From IMG/VR virus record IMGVR_UViG_3300027804_002057: DNA of 64,000 nucleotides; one strand, written 5' to 3'. The notes beneath the pieces were generated by a model that saw only the letters and a list, made by a program, of their open reading frames with translations, searched no databases and was not told the origin of the DNA. The position numbers were made by a program, and so were the translations under genes. Position 1 is the stretch's first letter, and each line of letters begins with the position of its first letter. Positions 48,051 through 58,200 of this stretch are shown in pieces. This stretch comes from a virus.

Positions 48051-50717
48051 TTATTTATCGAAAAAAATACCTAAAATTTGATTTAGGGGTGCGAATGCAC
48101 CTGTTAATTTGTAAGTGTTACCACCATATACGAATACAATACCTTCATTTGGTACAATCTTTTCAAATCCACCCAAAGCATTTAATCTTTCTAACTCTAA
48201 TTTTAATTTTGCAATTTTCTTAGGGTCACCACTTGCTTTTACTTGAGATATAGTACTCTCTAAACGAGATACCATTTGTTTTTTGGCGCTATCAGGATTT
48301 GCTGTAAGTACTGAACTCATAAAGGATAATACATCCGCTCCAACTCCCAAGAATATTTCTTCAAACTTCATTAGGTTTTGTTTAGATATTTTTTGTTGGT
48401 CTTGTTTGTCAGTTTGCTCAGCCCAAGCTCTTAATTTTGCATCTTGGATTGTATTGATACGGAATGATTTATCACCAAAAGCCCATCTTTTAACCAATCC
48501 TATTTTTTCTTGTGTATCTAATTTTTTTGCACCCTTTTCTACAAACTTAGTCCACCATGCTTGATGATAATCAGCAACACCATCTGAATCGGATAATCCA
48601 AATTCAGATTGTAGTTTACCAATCATAGAAATATACTTTCCTTGCAATTTAGAAAGATGTTCTGATTTTGGAATCTTTTGCATTGGTGGTCCTTGAATTG
48701 TATATTTGGATTGAACATGTCCATTTACTTGCTTAATCATACCAGCAAGTATTTTTGCAGCCTGTTGGTTTTCTCCAATTACATTACCATCTTTATCATA
48801 TTCAAAAGTTCCGTGAAATACTAATAATGGTTGTCCATAAGGAATTACGTTTACTGATGTTGGGTATATTACTTCCAAATTCATAAAACAACTACCACCT
48901 TTGAATATCATTTTTCTTTGTGGTTCGGATAGTGCTCCTATTGCTTTTGAAAGGTCACTCATAGCGAAATTGTAAGCATCAGTTAATCCACCTCTACCAG
49001 CAAATTTATCTGCAACTTGTCCAATTGTCATAGCACCAGCTCCTTTGTTCTTTAGGTGTGATTTGTTACGAGCCGCAACTAATCTACCATTTACCCAACT
49101 AACTGCTAATGCCTGCCCATCAGTCTTTTCTCTTGCTAATTCTAAATCACCATTTAATGCTCTTACTACAATTTGTTTTAAATCACCAAATGTAAGATTC
49201 ATTTCAATATCAAATGGATGATTCATATGTCCATACGCACCACCTTCTATTAGAAGTTCTTCTTTTAAAAACTCATTTGGTTTTTTAATACCTGTTTTTA
49301 ATATACGATTATATTTGTTTGTTTTTCCATCATTTTGGTCATCAATAGGAAGTTTTTGGTCTACTGCTCTTTTCTTTTCAAATTCAGATGGTTTTTTGTG
49401 ATATGTATTCCAACCTTCCAATCCATCTAAATAATAAGTTTCATTATCGTATTCATCCCATGTACCATTCCATTGAGTACCAGTTGTTGCATTACCATCA
49501 TTATAAAAAGCACCATTTCCTGTATATTCTTTGATTACATTTTCATTTTCGATGTTGGCTAACTTATCATAATAATTTATATCTTCCCATAAATGGTCCA
49601 TAGCTATTTCAGTTGCAATACGAACATCAGTAGTGTGTTCCATTTCAACTTTAATACCCTGCATTAATTTAGGTTTGATATATTCTGCTGCATATTGTTT
49701 TGGGTCATAATATCCTTTACTATCCCATTTCTTAGCCAAATCAATTAGAGTTTTACCTTTAGCCAATCCACCAGGTATTTTATCAACCTGAACTGCTATC
49801 TCATCAATCTCCTCATATCCACTCATACCTTTGTTGTTAAGTTTTTTACCAACCTTCTTAACATCATCAGCTTTTGGGGCACCATTAATATATCCACCCG
49901 GCAAACTCAAACCAACACCAGCTCCACCAGGAAATCCCATTTCTTTTAAATCTTGTTTTTTAGGTATTCTGAATGTTACTGCTTTCTTACCATTGATTGT
50001 TGGCATTCCCCATTCATCTTTACCTATGGATTTAACAATTACTTTTTTGTTTTTAAATTTACCCATTAGAATTTGGTCACCAACTTTTACATTCAATTTG
50101 ATTTCTTCATTAATACACTCTTTTAATTTTTTTAATTTAAGAGTAATCATTTTGAATATTTGGTCATCAAACTTTGGATATGCTTTTGTAAAGTTCTTTT
50201 TTCTTTCAGCTTCAGAACCACTACTTAACCAATAACGCACATCAGTACCACTAATAGGATTGGGTTGAGCAGGTGCTGCATAAACATATCCTTTATCTAA
50301 ATAGCCAGCTTCTACTTTGCCTTTATATGGAGTAAAATATTTTCCACCCAAACGTGAAGAATCTTTTTCACCTACAACAGTTATAAAACCAGTTGTATCT
50401 GAATCAAATTTATTAAGTATTTCTTCTGGAGCATATGGATTTCTTACATTAAAGATTTTGTTTGATGGAATACCAAACATCTTTTGCATTATAGCTTTTT
50501 TTTCTTTAAATCCAAATGGAGATTTTTTTGAATCAGTTACATCGGAAGTTCCTATATAAACATTATCCTTTCCGAACTTCTTAACCAAATGGTCATACGT
50601 TGCGTAGTGACCCTTATGAAAAGGTTGAAAGCGGCCCGAATAGACAACTACTACCTTGTCCATCTGAACCGCTTCTTCCAATATACTTTCTACTAAAAAT
50701 TTTGCTAATCCTTTCAT
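48051..50717 (-). CDS. Multi-module protein: HIGH-class nucleotidyltransferase-like domain, small modules, and a C-terminal KxDG ligase-like domain
   Basis: YSGRFQPFHKGH...ISGTDVR; GIKVEMEHT...EIAMDHLxE...YY; EGGAYGHMNHPFD...EKTDG...EGIVF...YKLTG. Confidence 0.65.
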   Translation of the reverse strand: MKGLAKFLVESILEEAVQMDKVVVVYSGRFQPFHKGHYATYDHLVKKFGKDNVYIGTSDVTDSKKSPFGFKEKKAIMQKMFGIPSNKIFNVRNPYAPEEILNKFDSDTTGFITVVGEKDSSRLGGKYFTPYKGKVEAGYLDKGYVYAAPAQPNPISGTDVRYWLSSGSEAERKKNFTKAYPKFDDQIFKMITLKLKKLKECINEEIKLNVKVGDQILMGKFKNKKVIVKSIGKDEWGMPTINGKKAVTFRIPKKQDLKEMGFPGGAGVGLSLPGGYINGAPKADDVKKVGKKLNNKGMSGYEEIDEIAVQVDKIPGGLAKGKTLIDLAKKWDSKGYYDPKQYAAEYIKPKLMQGIKVEMEHTTDVRIATEIAMDHLWEDINYYDKLANIENENVIKEYTGNGAFYNDGNATTGTQWNGTWDEYDNETYYLDGLEGWNTYHKKPSEFEKKRAVDQKLPIDDQNDGKTNKYNRILKTGIKKPNEFLKEELLIEGGAYGHMNHPFDIEMNLTFGDLKQIVVRALNGDLELAREKTDGQALAVSWVNGRLVAARNKSHLKNKGAGAMTIGQVADKFAGRGGLTDAYNFAMSDLSKAIGALSEPQRKMIFKGGSCFMNLEVIYPTSVNVIPYGQPLLVFHGTFEYDKDGNVIGENQQAAKILAGMIKQVNGHVQSKYTIQGPPMQKIPKSEHLSKLQGKYISMIGKLQSEFGLSDSDGVADYHQAWWTKFVEKGAKKLDTQEKIGLVKRWAFGDKSFRINTIQDAKLRAWAEQTDKQDQQKISKQNLMKFEEIFLGVGADVLSFMSSVLTANPDSAKKQMVSRLESTISQVKASGDPKKIAKLKLELERLNALGGFEKIVPNEGIVFVYGGNTYKLTGAFAPLNQILGIFFDK

Positions 50718-50732
50718 ATAGTTTTCTTACTA

Positions 50733-50741
50733 TATAAATAT
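50733..50741 (-). promoter_or_regulatory. Putative late promoter motif ATATTTATA
   Basis: About 16 nt upstream of the ATG at 50717. Confidence 0.55.
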
Positions 50742-50746
50742 TCGGA

Positions 50747-51136
50747 TTATTCTTTTACAACTCTTAAGCCTTGTGAATTAGGTGTTGCGGCTTGTTGTTG
50801 TATTTGTTTTCTTGATGGTGCACCAGGTTGATATGTTATTGTACCATCTTGTAAATTTATTCTTCCTTGTGGATATTTATCATCTAAAGCATCTAAAAGT
50901 TCTCTTAATTCATCATTTTTTGCTTTAAACTCATCATCAAATTGAATTTGTAAGTCATCCAATCTTTTTAAATCAGCTTGAAGTTCGTTTCTTCTTATAT
51001 AGATTTCTCCAAATCTGCTAACAATATTAGCTATTTGATTATTTACTTCAGTAACGTTTTGTAAAACGCTATCTTCCAACTTTACAGTTTCAATTTCTAC
51101 TGCTTGCTTTTGTGGAATTTTATCTAATTCTGCCAT
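50747..51136 (-). CDS. Coiled-coil protein (paralogue of 54925-55182)
   Basis: Heptad pattern ending KYPQGRINLQDGTIT. Confidence 0.65.
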   Translation of the reverse strand: MAELDKIPQKQAVEIETVKLEDSVLQNVTEVNNQIANIVSRFGEIYIRRNELQADLKRLDDLQIQFDDEFKAKNDELRELLDALDDKYPQGRINLQDGTITYQPGAPSRKQIQQQAATPNSQGLRVVKE

Positions 51137-51161
51137 AATATTTTGTTTTATTTTTTGTATA

Positions 51162-51170
51162 TATAAGTAT
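51162..51170 (-). promoter_or_regulatory. Putative late promoter motif variant ATACTTATA
   Basis: About 26 nt upstream of the ATG at 51136. Confidence 0.5.
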
Positions 51171-51171
51171 A

Positions 51172-51561
51172 TTACTTTTGGTTTTTTAAAATCTTAGTTG
51201 TACTAAAACCTTCGATTTTATCGAAAAATTCTATTTTAGGAATATATTCAACTCCGATTATTTGATGATATTTGTAATCATTGCCAATTACCATAATATC
51301 AGGTTCCCATTCTTTTATTCTTTCTACCAACTCAGCATCAGAATCAAACGATACAACGGAATCAACACCATTGATAGCAGATATAAATTCCATACGGTCA
51401 TTTAATGTATTAAACGGTCTTCCATCTCCTTTTTTTGAACGAACTCTTTCATCGGTATCAATACCCACTCTTAATACACCAAAAGATGCTGCGTGGGATA
51501 TTAATCTAATATGTCCAATGTGTAGAACATCAAATGTACCGTTTATCCAAACCTTTTTCAT
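51172..51561 (-). CDS. RfaE/HldE domain-II-like nucleotidyltransferase (ADP-heptose synthase-like; TagD-related fold)
   Basis: NGTFDVLHIGH, VGIDTDERVRSKKGDGRPFN...R, GNDY, STTKI. Confidence 0.8.
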   Translation of the reverse strand: MKKVWINGTFDVLHIGHIRLISHAASFGVLRVGIDTDERVRSKKGDGRPFNTLNDRMEFISAINGVDSVVSFDSDAELVERIKEWEPDIMVIGNDYKYHQIIGVEYIPKIEFFDKIEGFSTTKILKNQK

Positions 51562-52715
51562 TATAAAAATTTCTCCAATTCTTTAATTACCATTTCCGAT
51601 GTAATAAATTTGGTACACTCAAATTGTCTTTCTGTTCCTTTGTGGTCTGGGCACCAGTTCCAATCGCCAGCATTTAATCTTACTCTATTAAAACAACCTT
51701 CACACTTTCCTTTAGGTGCTGCTATTCTTATACAATCTTCCATCTCTGCCCAATCATACGAAAATCCACTTATTAAAACAGTTGGTACATCTAAAGACCA
51801 ACTTAACCAACTCAACCCACTACCAATTCCAATAAACGCTTTAGATTTTTTCAATTCATCCATAACCAATTCAATTGGGCCGTTTGGATGCTTAACAATA
51901 CCATATGGTAATTTATTACCCATATAATCATCACCTTCCTTTGAAATAAGTTTTACCGTATATCCTTTATTATTTAACCAATCAACCACATCTTGCCAAC
52001 CAGTTGGGTTATTCCAAAATTTAGATTGTGCAGTTCCAAATACACCTATACAAACTTGATTAATTTTTTGTAATGATGGATTCTTTCTTTGAAGTTTTGG
52101 TTTTATTTCTTTAAATGGTAATCCTAAAATATCAGAACACATTTTTTGAAGTGTAACTGTTTTTGGGTCAATTGGATTTTTAAATAAATTTATAGAATCA
52201 TCTTCATTATAAAATAAACCAATACAATACATTGCGTATAAATTATCTGCTGTATCTCCGGGTTTTATAAATTCTATATTTGGGTATTCACTTGCGAAAA
52301 AATCATTCATAAAAGTTGATGCTACCAATTTACAATTATGTTTTTTTCTGAATTCTTCTAAGTATGGAAACCAAGATAATGTATCTCCCAATGCTCTTGA
52401 ATCTAGAGCAATATAAACTCTTTTATTAGATGCATCATATGTAAACTCATTCCATAGTTTACCATTTTCAAATATTTTAATTTTCCATTCTACAAAATAT
52501 TCAATACTACATCTACACCAACAATTATTTCCTATTGTTGTTTTGTATTTAAGTTCTCCATTAGAATTATCAATAAACTCAACAGTGTATTTTGCTGTTT
52601 TTGGACCTGTTATTTCTACAAAAGGTCCTTTAACAAAATGATAATGAAGTTTATTTTGTTTATCTATTTTATTATTTAAATTCTTTTTTAAATTATCGTA
52701 TATCATTAACTCCAA
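51561..52715 (-). CDS. Aah/TibC-like (BAHT family) protein O-heptosyltransferase
   Basis: ALGDTLSWFPYxEEFRKKH; TAQSKFWNNPTGW; FIGIGSGLSWLSW...PTVLISGFS; four-Cys CEGCFN...WCP...FEC. The true start may be the ATG a few codons in (MIYDN). Confidence 0.8.
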   Translation of the reverse strand: MELMIYDNLKKNLNNKIDKQNKLHYHFVKGPFVEITGPKTAKYTVEFIDNSNGELKYKTTIGNNCWCRCSIEYFVEWKIKIFENGKLWNEFTYDASNKRVYIALDSRALGDTLSWFPYLEEFRKKHNCKLVASTFMNDFFASEYPNIEFIKPGDTADNLYAMYCIGLFYNEDDSINLFKNPIDPKTVTLQKMCSDILGLPFKEIKPKLQRKNPSLQKINQVCIGVFGTAQSKFWNNPTGWQDVVDWLNNKGYTVKLISKEGDDYMGNKLPYGIVKHPNGPIELVMDELKKSKAFIGIGSGLSWLSWSLDVPTVLISGFSYDWAEMEDCIRIAAPKGKCEGCFNRVRLNAGDWNWCPDHKGTERQFECTKFITSEMVIKELEKFL

Positions 52716-54883
52716 GTTTTAACTGTCAAATCTAATAATGAAAATCCCTCTGCCTGCTTACTATAAATTTTATTGGTAGTGTATCTATTTTTTGGATGAT
52801 TATAAAATACGTGATTATACCAAAGGTCACCTACATCCCAACCACAATCTTTTATTCTTTCCATCCACCAACCTTTAGTTCGATTTGGAATTAGATATGC
52901 ATGTGCAAGGTCTTGATTATATGCAGTTTTTGAAAATAAATCATCTATTTTATCTTTCCCTCTAGATGGATTATCTGCTAAACCTATAAAATAAACATCA
53001 TCTCTTTCAGAAATAAAACATGCTTTATGTACTACATTTACAAATTCTTCCAATCCAGTATAAATGAATGCATCTGCTTCAAATATTAAAGTGTAATCAA
53101 AGTTTTCCTCATCGATTGTTTCCAATGCGTTTCTATGTGCTAAATAACATCCATAATGTCTACCAGTCATCCAACCCAATCCAGCACCAGGGTATAATTC
53201 ACCCGGCTTATTATCTTTACTTATGTGTTCAGGCCTTCTACAATTTTCAGCAGGTGCCAATCCTTCATAAACTTTATTTACAATTGGTTGATATACCATA
53301 CCATATTTCTCTAATTGCTTAATAGATTGGATGGATACTCTTTCTCTCATATCATCCGGTCTAGTCAACATATGTTTAATTTGTATTCTAGGTTTTCTAC
53401 GAATGTATGAACGATTTCCTCTTGCGATTTGATTATAAAAAAATTCATCTGCCGCTTTTGTAACACCAGGAAAAAAACTTCCACCATAATCATCCCCAGT
53501 AATGTAACCACCTGGCTTTATTTTATTATACCATACATTTAAATCATTTGTTACATCTTCGTAAGTATGCCCAGCATCAATCATCATAAAATCAATACTA
53601 CTATTTGCAAATTGATTTGCTGCATTTTTAGAAGTATCTTTTATTACATTAAAACTATCATAATTTTCAGATAAAACTGTATTATCTATAAATTCATAAA
53701 ATATATCACCTTTAAATGAATTTACAATATTCTGATGTAATTCTTCATCATCAGTTCCTTTAAAGGTATCAATTGTTGTAAAATTAATTTTTTTCTTAGA
53801 TTGCTTAATTTTAGTTGCTAAATAGTTTGTTGATTTACCAAACCAAGCTCCAAGCTCTACTACATTTGCAAATGGTGGAACTTTTTCAACAACCTCATCA
53901 TACAAATCCGAATAGGAAAACCAACCAGGTATTTCATAAAAATCAGGTTGTAATTTTTCTAATATAATTCTTTTGGTCAATTTTAAATCATCATCAATGT
54001 AAGTTACTAAAGGATTATTATCATATGTATCCAAATAAGTGTGTAACTTTCTAAATATACAAGGTAATTTATAACTTAGTGCCTCTTTAACCGATAATGG
54101 ATTTAATTCTAATTTTGATGAAAAATAAAAAAGGTCACAAGCTGCATAAAATGTATCTACATCATTTCTCTCACCCCATATGTGACAATTATCAGGAACA
54201 AATTCCATTAACGGTCTCCAATAATCTTCATAGTTCATAGCTTGGTTTCCTACAAAATGAAATTTAATTTTGTATTTTTCTAATTGTCTTGCTATATCAA
54301 ATATTTCAGCTTGATTTTTACCAGGAGAAAATAATCCAACCATTAATACATGCTTCCAATTAGAATCAAATCCTAATTCTCTTTGGGCAGATTGTTTATC
54401 AAATGTATAATCTTCTATTGGATATTCCCATAGCATTGTCTCAACGCCAGTATTTTCAAATTTTAATCTACTCCACTCCGATACCAAAACATATCTATCT
54501 GCTTGATATATTATATCATCTGGATTTGTATAAGAACCATGTGTTGTTGCTACAATAAAATACTTTCTATCATTTGAAAATATTTTATCTAAAACAAATG
54601 TAGGTAAATCAAATTGTGGAATTTCTTGAAAATGTATAATATCAGGCTGAAAAGCTTCTATTACAGAAATAATTTTAGATTTATCTTCTGCTAATGTATG
54701 TACCGGAACTAAAGATTTAATTCTATTTTTTTGAACTACATACGAATCACCACCACTATTGTTTATTTCAACAACTTGTATTTCAAAATCATCTATAAAG
54801 TGTTTTACTTGCTTATAGGTGTATTGTGGTTGTCCGCCTGTGGATAAATGCGGACATACATAAAGTAACTTTTTCTTTGCCAT
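52706..54883 (-). CDS. Three-domain fusion: GT-B (GT4-like) glycosyltransferase, class I SAM methyltransferase, and GT-A (GT25-like) domain
   Basis: PHLSTGGQPQ...ELNPLSVKEALSYKLP; VVELGAWFGKS...IDAGHTYE...KPGGYITGDDY; GCYLAH...LIFEAD. The ATG at 54883 (MAKKK) is preferred. Confidence 0.8.
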   Translation of the reverse strand: MAKKKLLYVCPHLSTGGQPQYTYKQVKHFIDDFEIQVVEINNSGGDSYVVQKNRIKSLVPVHTLAEDKSKIISVIEAFQPDIIHFQEIPQFDLPTFVLDKIFSNDRKYFIVATTHGSYTNPDDIIYQADRYVLVSEWSRLKFENTGVETMLWEYPIEDYTFDKQSAQRELGFDSNWKHVLMVGLFSPGKNQAEIFDIARQLEKYKIKFHFVGNQAMNYEDYWRPLMEFVPDNCHIWGERNDVDTFYAACDLFYFSSKLELNPLSVKEALSYKLPCIFRKLHTYLDTYDNNPLVTYIDDDLKLTKRIILEKLQPDFYEIPGWFSYSDLYDEVVEKVPPFANVVELGAWFGKSTNYLATKIKQSKKKINFTTIDTFKGTDDEELHQNIVNSFKGDIFYEFIDNTVLSENYDSFNVIKDTSKNAANQFANSSIDFMMIDAGHTYEDVTNDLNVWYNKIKPGGYITGDDYGGSFFPGVTKAADEFFYNQIARGNRSYIRRKPRIQIKHMLTRPDDMRERVSIQSIKQLEKYGMVYQPIVNKVYEGLAPAENCRRPEHISKDNKPGELYPGAGLGWMTGRHYGCYLAHRNALETIDEENFDYTLIFEADAFIYTGLEEFVNVVHKACFISERDDVYFIGLADNPSRGKDKIDDLFSKTAYNQDLAHAYLIPNRTKGWWMERIKDCGWDVGDLWYNHVFYNHPKNRYTTNKIYSKQAEGFSLLDLTVKTWS

Positions 54884-54892
54884 AAATTGTAA

Positions 54893-54924
54893 CAAATATA
54901 CGAAATTATTTTGATTCTACCAAA
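54893..54924 (-). promoter_or_regulatory. Bacteroidota-type housekeeping promoter (-33 TTTG, -7 TATATTTG)
   Basis: The minus strand has TTTG at 54924-54921, a 20-nt spacer, and TATATTTG at 54900-54893. This matches TTTG-N19-21-TAnnTTTG. Confidence 0.7.
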
Positions 54925-55182
54925 TTATTTTTCAAAGGTAACAACACCATCTACTAAATCAACTTCACCATTTGGATATTTTGCTTCTAAATCTTTCAAT
55001 TTATCGTTTAATTCACTATTAATTGTCAAATATTGAGATTCCATACTTTGCATAGCAGAATTCATTTGTTTCAATTCCAAATGTAATTGTCCTATGTTTA
55101 CAATTAATTCTGTTTGTTTATTTCTTAATTCTCTCAATCTTTCTATTAAAGATTCTTCTAATTTTTCAGTATATTTTTCCAT
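54925..55182 (-). CDS. Small coiled-coil protein (paralogue of 50747-51136)
   Basis: Heptad pattern ending KYPNGEVDLVDGVVT. Confidence 0.65.
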   Translation of the reverse strand: MEKYTEKLEESLIERLRELRNKQTELIVNIGQLHLELKQMNSAMQSMESQYLTINSELNDKLKDLEAKYPNGEVDLVDGVVTFEK

Positions 55183-55195
55183 ATTATTCTTTGTA

Positions 55196-55204
55196 TATAA
55201 ATAT
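55196..55204 (-). promoter_or_regulatory. Putative late promoter motif ATATTTATA
   Basis: About 14 nt upstream of the ATG at 55182. Confidence 0.55.
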
Positions 55205-55215
55205 ATATCAAAATG

Positions 55216-58200
55216 TTAAGAATTCAATTTATTTTCTAAATCTTTTACTTTTTGTGATAATTCTTGAACCGCTTTCCATAATACAAATACTAATTCTTGT
55301 TTAGCAATACCAGAAGTCATCCATTTTTTAGGTCCTTCAGGATTATCAGGATCTTCAAACCAATCGTAATCTACATATTCTTCCAATCCACCAGCTTCCA
55401 GTTCTTCGGCAATAATACCTATTTGTTGAGGTCTAGTTTCAGCATCTTTATCAATTTTCCAATAATAAGTCCTTATTGGAACATTATTTATAGCATCTAA
55501 TATGGATGGATGTTGCCAATCTTCTATTTCTTCTTTAAATCTTCTTGCAGATGTATTTCTACCAACTCTCCAAGTAGATAGTGATATTTCCATACCTCTA
55601 ATAGTACCACCACCAGGACTACCAACATTTGTTAATATTATAGCAGGTCTAACTCCACCATCAACATAAGTTGTTATTATACCGGCGTTACTTCCAGGAT
55701 TCCAAGTTATAGCACCAGACCCCAATTCAATATTATTACCATTCATAACAATTTTACCAGTACTAGCTGCTATATCAATTGCAGTACCGCCAGTTGTTCC
55801 GGATAATTGAAGTATGGTGTTAGAAGAATCACCTATTAAACTCACAAATCCTTTACTTTCTAATACTGAAATAGCTGAATTATCATTTCTTTGTAATTTA
55901 ATATATCTATTAGGTGATGTTGCAACTTGAATACCGTCATTTGTCAATTCCACAACATTTACATTTTTTGCTGCGGATATACTTGGTACACTTACTCCAA
56001 AACTAACAGTAAATCCCCCACCACTACCACCAGTACTACTATTATAACCTTGACAAACAAAGAAATATTTGATTTGATAATCAGTTGCCCCAGCATTTGG
56101 TGGTGAAAACGAAAAACTTCCGTTATACCCACTAAAGTACGCATAGGTTTCATCTATCCCACCACCCCAGTATGTAGATGCAACAATTACTTCTTGTATT
56201 AATGTACCAGAACCATCTACCCCAATAGTTGCACCTTGATAAATTCTATATCCCCAATATAAGTCCGCATAACCCGTACGGTTAAAAGCACTAATAACTT
56301 CAAAATCACTCGGCCAAAGAACACTACTATCTACATATAATCCAGAAGCCACATTAAATGTTTCCCCAGCACTTTCCACATTAATATCAAAACCACCTGC
56401 AATCGAGGTTGGTCCATATGCAAAAGATACTGAAGATAGATTTATGGTTGCGCCTGCTAAATTAGTCAATGCTCCATAGTTTACTTTAAGACGTGTTGTA
56501 CCAGCTTCTTTAATTGCCATACCAGGAAGTGCAGGGTCAAAGAAAATTCTACTAGTACTATCTCTTAAATTTCCAGTATCAGCATCCACCGTCCAGTTAC
56601 CGATAGAACCCGCACTTGCATTAATCTCACCGGATATAAGTGCGTCTGTTACTTGAAGTCCAGTTGGTCCTAAAGCAAAATTGTATCCAACTAAACTACC
56701 TGTGCCATTTGTTGATGTTAATTTAACCGCAACAGCACCAGTACCAACTTCTACAGTATCTCTGAATGTACCACTAGCTCCAGTTAAATTACCTTTAAAG
56801 TATGCATTCCCAGAACTATCAACCGCAAATCCTTTACTTCTTATTGTACTGCTTGCTAAATCTATAAATGTACCAGCATCGGAGAAATTTCCAGCCGTAT
56901 ATGAATAATTTGTTGATGTGATAAGATTTGTTGCTACACGCGATGTTACAATTGCGCCAGGTCCAATATATGTAAGTGCATCATTTCCAGCATTAATAGC
57001 ATTAATAGCAGCCATAGCTCCTAAAGAACCACTAAATATTGTCAATGCACTTGCCGCAGAACTACTTGCTGCTTGCAGTGTTGTATTAGAGCCTGATGCA
57101 ACTGAACCACTTACTCCAGCTTGCGATGCTGCATTACCACCTGTTACAGTTATATCACCTGCTATTTCCAACCCACTACCATTCCATTTAAGGTATCTAT
57201 CACCTGCTGTATTTTTTATTGAAAATCTTCCAGTAGTACCACTTGCACCCTGTTCATAAATTCCTAAGAAAATACCAGGTCTATCATACCCAATCACACT
57301 TCCGCCGGGATTTAAAGTTGTACCACTACCACCAGATGTACCAATCGTTGCGTTTTGTCCAATAGCAATATATGGGTCAGTTCTACCACCGGCAATTACA
57401 ATATTTGCAAATGCCCCAGTACCATTTTTAGTACCAACATTAATTGTATTCTTAACATACGATTCTTCAAATATTGCAATCTTAGCTGCTACAAAGAATT
57501 CTTCTTGTCCTAAAAATTCCCAAAAATCAGGTTGAGTATCAGGTTGTTTTGCACCAATCAAATTAAATCCAACTGGCGGTGAACCACCTACATAAAATGT
57601 AGAAGTTGTTGGATTTACATAAGTGTTAGGACCAGAACCACTAACAGCTGCGTAATAGTTTGTAGTACCAGGTACTGCATTATAAATGGCCGCATCTCTA
57701 CGATTGTTAGTAGTTTCAACTTGTCCTATATAATCAGTTTGATTACTCCACTCACCTCTCATCACAATACCAGGCCCAACAGCTCCTTCAAATTGAACTG
57801 ATAAAGATTGTGTTTTAAATAATGTACTTCCCGGTCTTGATATACTTCCAGAGTTGTATTCGCAATCTATTTGATAAACAATTTCACCAGTTAAATTATT
57901 TTCAGGATCCACCCACCCAACAATTGGTGGCATGTATGCGGGATTTCCAGGTAATACCGCATTTGGTGTATTGTATGGAGATGGTAATGTTAAGTGAGAT
58001 GAATATGAAAGTATAGAAACTTTGTATTGATTTGGATAACCAACTTCATCATATGCATCCCATTGAGGCCCAGTAAATCCGCTTGGTTTGTGCGTAAGTT
58101 CAGTATTACCTCTATATGCTTTAATTACATTTCCAGTTGCATTAAATTCCAATTCACCAGATACTCTATAAACAACTGCAGAGTTTTCATTCTGCATATA

